A stretch of 64,000 bases of DNA, from the NCBI RefSeq assembly GCF_030684315.1, contig NC_081367.1, positions 62,373,414 through 62,437,413 on the forward strand, written 5' to 3'. Position 1 is the first letter of the stretch. The number at the start of each line of letters is the position of its first letter. Positions 1 to 12,789 of this stretch are shown here, one piece after another. The DNA is from Stegostoma tigrinum (Eukaryota). Below the pieces are notes generated by a model. That model saw nothing but the letters and a program-made list of their open reading frames with translations. It was not told the DNA's origin and did not search any database. A program made the position numbers and the translations under genes.

Positions 1-181
1 AACAGCAAATTTGCACTCAACAAGGTCCTTTAAATATCAGCATCATAATGATCTGGTAAAATATTTTAGTGACATTAGTTGACGGCTAAATATTGTCTAG
101 AACACATTATTATAAGGTCACAGTTCTGATAGAATTGAGAAAGTGGGAGGCTAAATAAGATCTCAGATATATGTATTGTTG

Positions 182-187
182 TTTATT
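182..187 (-). terminator. Candidate polyadenylation signal of gene A
   Basis: AATAAA on the minus strand about 150 nt past the stop codon. Confidence 0.4.
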
Positions 188-333
188 TTCTCTTGTACAT
201 GTTCCGAGGTGTTTCCTCTATATTTCAACAATTAGAATATACAAACATGGGAAATTCTAACTTAAGCATTGCAGATTAGACCACTTACAAGCTTTGTCTG
301 TGGACAGGCCAGAGATAATTAATTTTCCCATAT

Positions 334-1244
334 TCAAAACCTGTTAGGGGATGGCCTGCCCATTACATTTCTTTTAGTGTTCAGTTCTGGTCTCAATAGA
401 ATAATATAAACCTTAGGAGCAAAAATGCAGGCCAACAAGCTAAAACTGGACGTCAATATTGCAAATATTTCAACAGCTACTGTGTACTTTCCAGAATTGA
501 TGTAAACAGGAATGAAAGTTATCCAAACTGCACAGAAGATCAGCATACTGAAGGTGATAAACTTTGCTTCATTGAAGTTATCTGGCAATTTACGAGCTAG
601 GAATGCAAAAATAAAGCACATTGCAGAAAGTAAACCAATATAGCCCAACATGCAATAAAAGGCAGTTGCTGACCCCACGTCACATTCTAATATAATGGTC
701 ACACTTTGATTTTCAGTATTCTTTGCTGGAAATGGGGGTGACAGTATCAACCACAGAATACAAATCACAATCTGAACTGATGGCAGAGGAAACACAGCAA
801 GGCCTCGTTGAAGAGGAATAAACCATTTCATAACATCATTATTGGGATGCTTTGCTCTGAATGCCACTAATACTGTAACTGTTTTTCCAAGGATGCAAGA
901 GATGCAAAGGGCAAATATGATCGCAAATGCTGTATGTCGTAACATGCAGGACCAGGTTGTCGGTTTACCCATGAAGAGAAGAGAGCAGATGAAGCAGAGC
1001 ACCAATGAAAACAAAAGAACGAAGCTTAACTCAGAATTGTTAGCTTTGACAATGGGTGTATCCTTGTAATAGTAGAAAACAACTATAACAGCCATTGATG
1101 TACAAGCACCAAATAAAGATAGTGTAGTTAAAATGATTCCTATGGTGTCTCCAAATGTCAGAAACTCAGTTTCCTTCAGGATGCATTTGTCTCTTCTTAG
1201 GTTTGGCCAGTAATCAGAGTGACATGCCAAGCAGTCCACAGAAT
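334..1244 (-). pseudogene. Gene A exon 6 (7TM domain), frame still open
   Basis: Acceptor ttcttctgcag; [44 protein letters not shown] class C 7TM motifs; lacks the Pro of SSPGK. Confidence 0.95.
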
Positions 1245-1339
1245 CTGCAGAAGAACACACAGAATGTTCTTTTCCAGTAAATTTCAAGGTAAGCCTACTT
1301 CTATTGATTGAACCAGATCATAACAAGCAGTAGAAAAGT

Positions 1340-1662
1340 TGATTCCACATGTACAGCAATCGAGAACAGAAGGTCACAGTTTCAGGGTAAGGGGTAGCAT
1401 TTAAAACGGAGCTAAAGAGCAACTACTCCTCACAAGGTGTTGTGAATCTGTGGAATTCACTAAACACAGAGTACAGTAGATACTGCCATATTAAGTAAAT
1501 TTAAGGAGGAGAATTTTTTTTTAATTAGTAAGGGGCTAAAGTGTTATGGACAGCAGATAGGAACGTAGGTTTTAGGCCAAGGTGAGATCAGCCACAGTCA
1601 TATCAAATGGTGGGGCAGGCTCCAGGGGCTGAATTACCTACCCAGTTCCTCATTCTTATGTT
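1340..1662 (+). mobile_element. CR1-type LINE 3' end fragment
   Basis: Resembles the ORF2 C-terminus and 3' UTR of the other CR1 copies in the window (gttgtgaatctgtggaattc..., ...attcttatgtt tail). Confidence 0.6.
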
Positions 1663-2989
1663 GTTAAATAAGGCAATATGTCTGGTCCTAAAATTATGAT
1701 TTCTTGACACGATTTATGATAATCAGGTGAACGAGCCCCATAGCTGGGATTTAGATAGGGTAGATCTGGGAAGGCTAACCAAGGAAAGAAGACTGAGGCA
1801 GAAAAGGGGGCAGATAGATGCTGAGGAAGGTATTAAAAAGTTAGTTTTGGTGATTTGGGTCTTTGTCCCAGCTAAAATGAAAAACATTAGCCTTTGTAGG
1901 CCTCATCCCTCACAAACCTTCATCTTCATTCACACCATGCTACATCTGTACCATCTCATGCCCTTTTACTCAAACACCATACCCCTCAACACCCCCATGC
2001 AACTTGTATACCAGCCACCTCATGCCCATGCCCCCATACTAAATTATGAGGTTTCCGTGTCCATTTATCTAGTCTACTCTGGATGGAAACAAAGTACTTG
2101 ATAGCAACATTAGAATTGCAAAACATTATTAAATAGAACTGTCATTCATTGATAATCTTCCACTTTCTGAATAACAAAGCTCTTTACTTCAGGGAAATAG
2201 AAGCATGAATCATCTAGACATTCGAAAACTTCAGTTTCAGAGATTGCAAACATCTTGTGTTCAAAACATTATGCACTTAATGAAGAAATCAGAAATCCAG
2301 AGCAATCAATCAGTCAAAGTCTTCTCTTAGGATCAGTTATTTCAACAGTCTAATGGATGTCTGGGATCCTGGCAAAGCCTCAATGTTGACTTTTAGAAAT
2401 GAATTTCTTGTGTTCATACATACCATGACACATTGCAATTTAGGAGTCATGGGAAAGAAAATCAAGCACCATGTAAAAGGGTAACCCACAGAGCTACCAA
2501 GTGTGGCCTGTGAGGAATAACCTACTTATTGACCCTCTGTTTGGGCTACTTGGCTCCTGACCTCATAAAGCTTTTGTCCAAACATGGAAAGCATGTAATC
2601 CACAGGTAAGGTAAGAATAATTGCCTTTGACATCAAAGCAGCATTCAACTGAGTGTCACATCAAGGAGCCTTAGCAAAACTGGAATCAATGAGAGTCATT
2701 TCACTGGCTTGTGCCATATCAAGGAACATAATTGTGACTAGATTTTGGATCTTATTGTCATGTGTACTCAAGTACAGAAATACAGTATTGCAGTGAGAAG
2801 TGCATAATGGCACTGAAGTACCTAGGTACAAAAAAAAGCTTAAATACAACGTAGTAAGAGAAACAAGGGTTAAAACATTAACCATTACTTTGTAAAATAG
2901 TAAAATAATAAAGATATAGGTAACAGTTTACATTTAAAGTCTTTCATAGTTTAGACTAGAGAAACAAAGGGATAAGCTATTGGTAGAAA

Positions 2990-3880
2990 TTCATCTTAGC
3001 TCCAGGCAACCTCTACAAGAGGTCTGATGTCCTAGGCCCAAACATTTTCAGCTACTTCATCAATGATACTCTCTCCATTAGAAGGCCACATGCGGGGATG
3101 TTTGCCAATGATTGCACAATGTTCAGTCCTATTCTCAGCTCCTCAAATACTGAAGAGCATATGTCTCTATGTATCCAGACTTGGTAAAGTCACAGCTTCC
3201 TGGAGCTTAAGGAAGTTCCAGCTTCCTTAAATGTGACAGGTAACATTTATATTTCACCAATGCCCTAACTATCTGGAATAATGAATCTAAACATCACCTC
3301 TTAACATTCAAACTGAACTGGACCAGCCATATAAATACTATGGCTGCAAGAGCAGGTCATAGGCTAGGAATTCAGTGTTAAGTAAGTCACTTCCTGTGTT
3401 CTCAATACTTATCTACTATCGACTTATCCACTGTGTGATGAAATCCTTCCCAGTTGTCTGGATATGTGCAGCTCCAAAAACACTCGGGAAACTTGACACC
3501 GTGCAGAGCAAATCAGCCCACTTGAACATCATCTATCAATTTTGCTTTGCTACCAATGTACTGTGGTCTGCAGAATGTACCATCTACAAGATGCTTTGCC
3601 ATAACTCATCAAGGATCCTTCAGTAGCAATTTTTAAATTCATGATCTCTGCTGTCCAGAAGGACGGGGCAGCAGATGTAAATACTACCACCTGCTAAATA
3701 TTGTACTGAGTTAGAACTGTATCACTGTTCCTTCTCTGTCACTGGTTCAAGCCCCTTCTGAACTGCAATGTGGATGTCTCCACAGGTGTCTAAGGAGACC
3801 ACTCACCACCATCTTCTTTGGGGGTACTAGAAATTAGTACTAAATGCTGGCCTAGCCAGCAATGCCCACAACCCATGATC
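2990..3880 (+). mobile_element. Degraded LINE (CR1/L2 group) RT and 3' fragment
   Basis: Decayed MFADD-like RT segment (atgtttgccaatgattgc) and a 3' portion shared with repeats near 29930, 31800 and 58330. Confidence 0.55.
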
Positions 3881-4202
3881 TTTTTTGTTTTAAAGATTTT
3901 GGACCATTGGTCTGTATTTTCTCATGTCCAATTTCTCCCTTAGAGTTTTCCATAAAACCAATGAGTATTAGTCCACATAACACTCAACATATTGTGATGC
4001 TGCTATAGAGCACTTTTTATAATGGTATTGTCCGATTAATTTAAATAGACATCATGAGATAAATTAATCCTTTACGAGCTCATCCTCAAATGTCAGAGTT
4101 ATCTAGAAAGACAGATAAAGATAAGAGATGAACAGATGATGATGTACAGATAGATAAATTATATGTACAGGCAGAGAAATGAAGGCAAATAGATATAGAT
4201 AC

Positions 4203-4327
4203 CAGTTTCATTACTAATTTCACCTTCAGCACAGGGTATACAATCAAAGCAGAAAAATTGGCTGTCCAGCTCTGACTGCTTTTCTTGTTCCAGGTAAACA
4301 AGTTTCACTGCACTGTGATTCGATGAC
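4203..4327 (-). pseudogene. Gene A exon 5 (cysteine-rich domain), broken acceptor and frameshift
   Basis: VIESQCSETCLPGTRKAVRAGQPI, then +1 nt before CFDCIPCAEGEISNET; 125 bp vs 124 bp in gene B; polypyrimidine tract ends in CCGG, not CAG. Confidence 0.88.
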
Positions 4328-5087
4328 CCGGATAGGTAAAGAAAAATAACTTTCTATTTTGTTACATGTGTGTTTTATGTTTTTTTAACTTCCTGAGAAA
4401 ATACTGAGGTTGGATCCAAAATCTGTCATGCGTACAAAAATAAACTGATGATGGATATTTTGATACAGTTTAGATTGACCGATGGATGTTTCCGATTGCA
4501 CAAATCTTTCACATGAAAATGGAATTGCAGTATCAGAAATACCAGAAGCTGATTAATCAAAATCTCTTTTTGATATAACTACCCTATCTGCATGAATCTT
4601 TCATTCAGATTCATTTTGGTTCAGTTCCTCACTGAGAGTAGAGTTCAGCTGTGTGTCATTATTGAAACAATGGTTTATGAGTTGGCAGTTCACCTATCAT
4701 TAGCATTTTTAGTTCTAACAAAGTGGAGAGACATGTAAAAAGGATGGCCAATTCATTTCTACTTGTTTCATACAAAGGACATTGCCAAGATCCTTCCAAA
4801 TACCACTTTGTACATCATCTAAATCTTTATCTTTTGTCTTTATATCCGCCTGATTTTTTTTAATCTTCTTTCCGACTGGACACCTCACAATCTGATAAGA
4901 ACACACAATCACCTGCTGCCACTCTCGTTGGCCATCTTTGTTTGTTTGTATCATGAGGTTTATCACTATGATGAAAACGAATGTAGATTTCGCTGAGATA
5001 CCCTTATAACCTTGGTGATTTGTCCGCCACTCAAACTTTCAGTTTCATCACATGAGGTATTAGCATTAATTATCTCTTGTTCCTTAC

Positions 5088-5315
5088 CATTTTCTGTCTT
5101 CCATTCCAGACTATAGCTTCCTCCTGTATCACAAGTTGGCTCTTAGGCTCAGCAGATGCATCATACTGGCCAACCTTAACATACTTAATGTTCCCATTTG
5201 GGTCCACCTACCAGTTCACGAGATCATACGCTGCAAGAGGATCACCATTGGCATCAAATCTCACTTCATCTCCAAACGCAGTTGTAAAGTTAACCTCTTT
5301 TAAATAATGCAGGAC
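5088..5315 (-). pseudogene. Gene A exon 4, with in-frame TAG at 5210-5208
   Basis: [47 protein letters not shown]|GTAAGG; 228 bp, same as the paralog. Confidence 0.9.
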
Positions 5316-5399
5316 CTTTTTTGTAGAAATGACAGAATATTCTTCCAGTTATACATAAAGATAATGTTGTGTATTTTAAAGTTGACGTGGAGTTCCCGT

Positions 5400-5700
5400 G
5401 ATGCTACCACTGACACCTACATTTGTAATAGTTGTCGGTATCTTTTCAGTATTTGCATAAATCCAGGGGGTCAAGACTCTCTCCAGAACCTGACCACATA
5501 ACTTCAAGTGACACTCCTGTCTTGTATTAAGATAGTGCTGCTTTTTGATGCCATCTTTCAGATGAAGAATTAAACCAAGGACTCTTCTGCCCTTTCAAAT
5601 GGAAATAAATGATCATATTCTACAGTTGGATAAGAACAGTGAATTGGTCTGGTACCAAGGAAATATTTATTCCTCAATCTGTGCCAAAATTAGGTGATCA
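5400..5700 (+). mobile_element. Old SINE, Deu-domain-like
   Basis: Recognised from memory of the Deu core (cagatgaagaattaaaccaagg...aatatttattcctcaa); related remnants at 1-110, 6400-6560, 31010-31130 and 63350-63520. Confidence 0.4.
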
Positions 5701-6939
5701 AATAATTTAGTCTATTACTCTCGATGATAGATTGCTGTGCATGTTGGTTGCCATGCTTCCTATATAAATAACTGTGTTTCAGTAGTACAGCATTGGCATA
5801 GCAGTGTACTGTATAAATGCAGGATCTCTTTTTGGACATATAGCATAATTTTAAAGGCCAGGTCCATTTTTCATTCTGAAATGCACTAATGCCAAGTGCC
5901 AAGATAATCAGTTTTTGAGGGGAGGGAGTTGGTGGTGGAGGTGGGGGCTGCACTGATATTCCCAGATGTTGTTATAGTTGCTTGAGGAACAATCAAAATT
6001 TTGAAACAACAGCTTTTATCTGCATTTTGTTTATGAATGTAATTTTGACTGCAATTTATATGCAGCCAGTTAGCTGCCTTCTTATTCCACTGATATTGGT
6101 TTCAATCCAAACTCTTTGTATGGTTGTAGCTAAGTTAATACATTTTAAATGTTTTAATTATATCTATTTTGTTTAAGGCATCACATTTGAAAATGCTTGC
6201 AAAATATTTATTTCATACTATGAGAAGGAAAATCAATCATTCCCTGCTAAATTCATAAAAAAAGAGAAAATCTCATTGTATCTGGCCTCCAACTGACCTC
6301 ATAATAAAGAAACCTTTCCATTTCAATACTGCTTATCACAAGACCAAGACATTTCAAACATGTGATCAGATTCATAATGTAAGAAACATGCCAGTCAAAT
6401 TGAGCACAGTGAGCTTCCACAGATGGTAACAGATGATCTGTTTTCGATATCTGTTAAAGTTATACATGTTCCAGTGCACTAAAAAGAATAGTGCAATGGG
6501 ATCTTTCATGTTTGCTTAAGAGGGCACATATACCTTGGCTTAATGAATCATCAGAAGGACAATATATTTATTTATATTATTAAGAGTCAGGCAGGCTCCA
6601 CACCCCTTACACAGAAAAATACATTATTTTTACTATTTAAGTAGCACATTGTCAAATTTACTGCAGATTACATTGTCGGAGATCAATTCCAAAAGTGATT
6701 GCATAGATTTGACTAAACCCTGTTGTGAAAATGATTAATCTTCACAATTTATATTTGTTTCTATGTAAACAATCTAACTTGAATTGCATTTAGTTTTGAT
6801 GGTCACTAATTGCATACATTACTGCCTATTGTTTGGGATTATCTAACATTCTCATCACGTACGCTGAGTGGAAGTTTACTGTCATATGATTTGAATACTG
6901 GATGCTTTAAGACGTAATTTTTATTAATAGATAACTTAC

Positions 6940-7773
6940 CTGCCAAGGTTTAAGATTTGAAATGTCTGGACATGTTTTATTGCTAAACGGCTCTTGGCTC
7001 TTTTTGCACAGCATCATATTATGGATAGAATGGGCCACAGCATAAACAGCTCTATATGTATTATAGGAAACTCTCAATTGTGATACATCAGTGAATCTGC
7101 TCTGGACGTCTTTTAAATTTTCTTGCCCAGTGCATTCTTGTTTCGAAGGCCCAAGTTCTGTTTCTCCTGTGTTGTCGCATGGTGTCCACATACAATGAAA
7201 CACAGCTTCCCAAAACTGCTTAATATATGCATTGTTTGGATACTTAGATGGATGAAGCCTAACCAGGAATTGTTTAATACCTGGAATATCAGCCCTACGA
7301 ATTGCCAAACCCAATGTCCCACCCAAAGTTTCAGAATTGCCTGCTGTTGAGAGCAGTGTTGCTGTGCTCCAGCTTTCACTTGCCAACCATCGCAACCCAG
7401 TGACATTCTGCCGCACAAGTTCTTCCACCAAGAAGCTTAGATCTATCTCAGGAGCAAAGACAAGAATAACTTTGACATTTGACCTCTGAATGAGCTTGAC
7501 TTGTTGCAGGATTTTCTCCCTGTCCTAAAATTTGGGAAGAAAGTCAGAGAAAGTAACACAGACTCCAACTTTTGTGACTTGTTCCACAAAGGTCGAAATT
7601 CCCAAGTGTCCATAATCATCATTGGATCCAAACGCTGCCAGCCAGGTCCAACCAAAATGTTTCACAAGCTGCACAAATGCCATGACTCGGAAATAATCAC
7701 TGGGTACAGTTCGGAAAAAGGATGGGAATTGATTTTTATTGCTCAAGCACATGCATGAAGAAAAGTAACTAAT
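6940..7773 (-). pseudogene. Gene A exon 3, with in-frame TAG at 7527-7525
   Basis: Acceptor ttttcacag; ISYFSSCMCLS..FPSFFRTVPSD..LPKF*DREKI..WLASESW..KPWQ|GTAAGT; ORFs 7525-7800 and 6907-7431 are in the same frame. Confidence 0.93.
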
Positions 7774-9442
7774 CTGTGAAAATATCAAAAAGAAACACAT
7801 TTTAAGTCAGTACTTTTATTATGATCAAAGTCTGTCTTCAAAATATCTATCAAGAAGTTGGGGAATAGATTTTCAATTTATGGCCACAGCTCAAAATTGC
7901 ATTAAATATTAGCCACCTCGCCCAAGTCAATTTCCATTGAATTCAATAGAAAGTAAAATCAGTGGGTTTCTATAATGGACGCCTGACTCACAAGTTGGAA
8001 GGTGACATCTTGCTATACTATTCCTTCGTACATGAGCTCACACACACAGCCTTCACACTTATGAACCATAAATGTGTCCAAATATTCAATTTAAGACAAT
8101 ATTCTCATTTAACAGTGCATTCCTTAATTTATTGAAGACCCCAATCAATGTTAAATAACAGAAGTGTGATTAGTAAAAGAATTCTTTCAGGTGTTAGCCA
8201 ACATGATTGATTACAATACTTTGTACACTGTCATCTATCTAAATTGGACAGTTTTAGGAACTATTTCAGAAATTAAAATCAAATGTTGGTACAAGGACAA
8301 CAATTTTTTTTTCCTTTCAGAATGGCAATATCAAGGCCTCAGGTTAGATACCAACCAAAGCATTGACTTAACAATATCTCTCAATGCAATCCACAAAACC
8401 AATCTGAGAAATAATAAGAACTACCGATACTGGAGCCAGCGATAACACAGTGCGGAGCTGGAAGAACATAGCAGGCCAGGCAGCATCAGAGGAACAGAAA
8501 AGTTGATGTTTCATGTCGGGACCCTCTTTTTTGCCCATGGCAGAAAATGAGTGAGATTAGCATTTGTTGCCAATTTGGACTGCAGGCTAATTCCATGAAT
8601 TGAAACTAAGAATTTCATCAAAGTAATTGTACCAAGAACTCTAAGAAGGAAGGCATTCATCCAATTTCCTTGCATTGGGCTTGAATACGGAGTCCACCAG
8701 TGCTATTTCACCTTGTCCCTGAACCCCCTCGCACATAAAGGGCAAATTGTTTTTCACAGGCATTTTCATCCTTTTGTTTTAAGTATCATTAGATTGCAGA
8801 TACCAAAGGGCAACATTGTTCATGCAATGTAGAATGCAGGATTGATTTATTTAAATTTTCCTACGTTCAGTTTCATAGCTTTGATGAATAAATTTCTTTC
8901 TTCCCATTCTTTTCCACCCACTTGTGAAAATACAACTCCAAGTCAGATGGTTGCTGTCCAATATCTCAGCTTGTGACATTTTGATTTGTTTATTTGACAT
9001 GGTGTATGTGCTAGTTGCAAGAATGTGAAACCCATCCTTCCAACATTACCTCACGCAGCCTACTAGCAAGGCCCATGCCCCAACTCTGGGCAATATTTAT
9101 TTTTCTAACCTGCTTCTAGAATGATTATTGTTGAACTCTTGACATTGCTTCAGTTTGATTAACGCAGCTGAAACAGATGATCAGACTGAATCATTTTTTG
9201 TCAATATGGCTTAGGCTGACTTCTGAATGCAAGAAACAGAAGTCCATACAAAATTTTACACCAGCTCAACATTTAATGTATTGCTACCTTAGCTCCATTT
9301 ACCTGTTGATGCTCTGCATTCCTTAAAAGTTCTGTCTGCATAAAAAATACTTGCCTCAATCTTCAAGTGCCACTACTACCCTTGACCTCCATACTATTGA
9401 GAAAGTTGATAACAACTTCATTTTAAGTGCTTCACTACTTAC

Positions 9443-9734
9443 CACTGGTATTCCAAAAGTCCCCACCGTCCTGGCAATTGCTATGGATTGTGTTGAGCCA
9501 GCATCAGCAATAAGTGCATGCACCGAAGAACCTTCATGACATTTCAAAAGTGTAACGTTTTCCTCTTGACCATTAATGATTGTCAGGGCTGCTCTAAGAG
9601 CCAATGCTGGTGTGGCACAGGAATCATAAATTTTAAAACCCAGAGTGATATTGGGAAGAAGTATTGCATCATTATTAATTTCTTCAATAGCAAAAATCAT
9701 CAACTGAGCCCAGCGAAAAGCTCTCAGGTTAAAA
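9443..9734 (-). pseudogene. Gene A exon 2
   Basis: Acceptor tttcccacag; FRWAQLMIFAIEEINN..LLPNITLGFKIYDSC; donor GTG|GTAAGT; 292 bp. Confidence 0.93.
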
Positions 9735-10204
9735 CTGTGGGAAACACAAAAGTTTTGAATCTGAAAATGCACATAGTTAAATATATTTATGTTGCAGGGC
9801 CTGACATGCACTAAGCATACAGCAACACATTCTGAGCACATGCATTTATACAATTGCAATTGCCCAAGTCAAAAAAAAATGTTGGATGGACTACATACTG
9901 AGAAAAAATACATAAATATGGTAACTTATTATTTTACTAAATTAGATAGGAATTTTCAACTATCTGAAATAAATTTAAATTAGTAATAGGTACAAGTGAA
10001 ATGTACAGTCATTGTAAGTTGTCTACATTGGTAACAGAACCTCTTTTAGCCCCAACCTTTCCCAAACCCGCAAAAGCTTTGACCACTGTCTTTTTTGTGC
10101 ATCTTTCCCCTTCTTTGTCTTCAGCCAGTTTGGACTACTCCCTGGAATTTCTTTTCACAGTCCCTTTGTTTTCTCAATAACATAATCAGGTAGACTTCAC
10201 TCAC

Positions 10205-10407
10205 TCTATACATTTTGGACTATCAGGTAGAGTTTGGTAAGAAGTCTTTGGAAGCTCTCTTTGGTAATGAATGGGGAAAACTCCACCGATGATGATGTCT
10301 CCATCTTGTGAAAGCACTGGCAAATTAAACCTTCCTTGAAGTTTACAACTTTGATCGTCTTCGGCAAATGTAGAAGCCAATAAAATAAGCAAACACAACA
10401 AATACAT
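10205..10407 (-). pseudogene. Gene A exon 1 (signal peptide, start of Venus flytrap domain)
   Basis: MYLLCLLILLASTFA signal peptide, DGDIIIGGVFPIH motif; phase-2 donor GA|GTGAGT. Confidence 0.92.
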
Positions 10408-10454
10408 TGCCGTTATTGTCTCTTGCTGGTATTTGGCATCAGAGCAGGTTTCTC

Positions 10455-10462
10455 TTCTTATA
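10455..10462 (-). promoter_or_regulatory. Candidate TATA-like box of gene A
   Basis: TATAAGAA about 50 nt upstream of the ATG; position comparable to the gene B TATA box. Confidence 0.4.
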
Positions 10463-11937
10463 TTGGATTATTATTCACAAATGAGAAAAACATAATTAAA
10501 GTACCAGAAATCCCACATGACTTTCAGGTTTAGTAACCCCTACAGCAGAGTCTGATTATCATGTGGTCAAGTCTAGGCTAGTTTAACTTTGCTCACATTA
10601 CCTTGAGTCCTTGGAAAACAATTTTGGAGATCTGTTATGACAATTAATAGTAATAATATGAGAATTGATCTTCCAAGATATCCAACCCGGACTATACAAT
10701 TGGTAGACATAGAAAAACAAATGATTTTGGTAAGTAACTAATGCATTTAACATAGTTTGTGAAGTGTGTTTACTTTTTTTGATAATGTTCTTCCCTTGTT
10801 TCTGTCTTTCATGTTAAGTGTAAACATGAAGAATCAGGGAAGAGAAATTCAATTTAGCTTAGGGGATGCCAGAAACAAAAAATATTGTCAAGTAGCAAAT
10901 AATCTGAATCTTCTGAACAAATTATTCCTGAAGGTCTTGATTTTTCCTGCCTAAAACATGGCTGAATACATTGGCAGAACTCTGTCTTAATATTGATGAA
11001 TCTTTGTGACCATTAAATAATGGACAGGCTTCCGGGAGTCTGGAGATGGATTGTTTGCCTCAGAAATCCACTGATCTGCTCTTTAAGTCACAATATTTTC
11101 ATAAATAGTTCAATTTAGTTTCTCAACAATTGTCATGACCCTCATAAAAAAAAGAGTGTGCCAGGAATCAAGCTCCACCTTTTTCAAACATTTTCTCTTA
11201 CTCTCTTTTTATCAGTTTTCAAAATATTCCCATTCATTTGGTTTACCGTTAATCTTTGCCTGCTTTTATTTCCTTTAATTTGATGTTATTAATTAACTTC
11301 CTCAATTAATCTTGGTTTGTTTCTGCACTTTTTGTTGAGAGTCATGAAAGATTTTCTTAAATATCTGCAATTGTTCATCAACCGAGTTTGCTGTGAAACT
11401 TCTTTTCTGGTCCACTCGCATCAACATTGCGTTCATTACTTTCAAAGTTCCTTTATTTAATTTTAGTGCTGTTGTTTCCAAATTAATTTACTCACTCTCA
11501 ATCTCAAAGTTAAATTCAACCATTTTATGGTTGCTATTTCCAGGAAGGTGTTTTACTCTAAGATCATTTAACACATTACACACTACCAGGCGTAAAATAG
11601 TCTGATCCCTGTTTATATCCATGATATATTCTTCCAGGAAACTCTCCTAAACATGCTCAATCAATTCAGAAATAGTAAAAACTGCAGATGCTGGAGTCAG
11701 AGATAACACAGTGTGAAGCTGGAGGAACACAACAGGTCAGGCAGCATCAGAGGAGCAGGAAAGTTGACATGTTGGGTTGGGAATCTTCTCCAGAACCATC
11801 ACGCTCTATCAATTCTTCTTCATGCCTACATCAGGCAGTTCAATTTAGCAATCTATATGGAGACTAAATTCGCCCTTGATTAATGTGCAACCTTTCATAC
11901 GTATCTTAATTATCTATTGATTGACTCTCTGTCAGAG

Positions 11938-12772
11938 AATCATTGAATCATAGAGAAGTACAGCATGTTAACACACCCTTCGGTCCAACTCGTCCATGCT
12001 GACCAGATATCTCAGGTAAATCTAGCCTCATTTGCTAGCATTTGGCCCATATACACATGTGGCAAATGTAATCCATGTTCTTGAGCACAGTTAGAGTCAT
12101 AAAGACATACAGTAGGGAAACAGACCCTTTGGTCCAACTTCTCCATGCCAACCAGATATCCTAAATAAATCTAGTCCTATTTGCCAGCATTTGGCCCATA
12201 TCCCTCTAAACCCTTCCTACTCATATACCCATCCACATGCTATTTAAATGTTACAGTTGTACAGGCCTCCACCACTTCTTCTGGCAGCTTATTCCAAGTA
12301 CACACCACCCTCTGCAAGAAAAAGTTGCCCCTTAGTTCCTTTTTAAACCTTTCCCATATAGATCAAACCCTGGCAACATCATTGTAAATCTTTTCTGAAC
12401 GCCTTCAAGTTTCACAACATTCTTCTTATAGCTGAAAGACCATGCACGCAGTATTCCAATAGTGGCCTAATTAATGTCCTGTACATTATCAACATGACTT
12501 CCCAACTCCTAAATTCAGTGCACTGCCCAATAAAGGCAAATTCCTTCTTCACTATCCTATCTACGTGTGACTCAAATTTCACAGAACTATGAACTTGCAC
12601 TTCAAGGCCTCTTTGTTCAGCAACGCTCCCAGGACTTTATCGTTAAGTGTATAAGTGCTACCCTGATTTGACTTTCCAAAATGCAATGCCTCACATTTAT
12701 CTAAATTAAACTCCATCTGCCACTCCTCAGCCCATTGACCCATCCACTCAAGAACCCATTGTACTCTGAGGG
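11938..12772 (-). mobile_element. CR1/HER1-like LINE 3' fragment with two tandem 3' tails
   Basis: ORF YRTLIRPLLEYCV; the 3' UTR occurs twice (about 11940 and 12095). Confidence 0.85.
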
Positions 12773-12789
12773 ACTACAGTATCGTTAGA

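Larger units (their letters stand above)
334..10407 (-). pseudogene. V2R/OlfC (CaSR-like class C GPCR) pseudogene, gene A, six exons
   Basis: Exons 10407-10205, 9734-9443, 7773-6940, 5315-5088, 4327-4203 and 1244-334 match the exon sizes and phases of the intact paralog (292, 834 vs 837, 228, 125 vs 124). Lesions: TAG at 7527-7525, TAG at 5210-5208, exon 5 acceptor CCGG, +1 nt in exon 5. Confidence 0.93.

Noticed and set aside
4100-4200. GATA-rich stretch; also CA-rich 1925-2040 and pyrimidine-rich 17020-17170
   Set aside because: Degenerate low-complexity sequence with no further structure.
4203-7773. Full rescue of gene A by alternative splicing or stop-codon readthrough
   Set aside because: It would need to bypass two stops, and neither skipping exon 5 nor using its nearest internal AGs (+15, +20) restores the phase-1 junction to exon 6.
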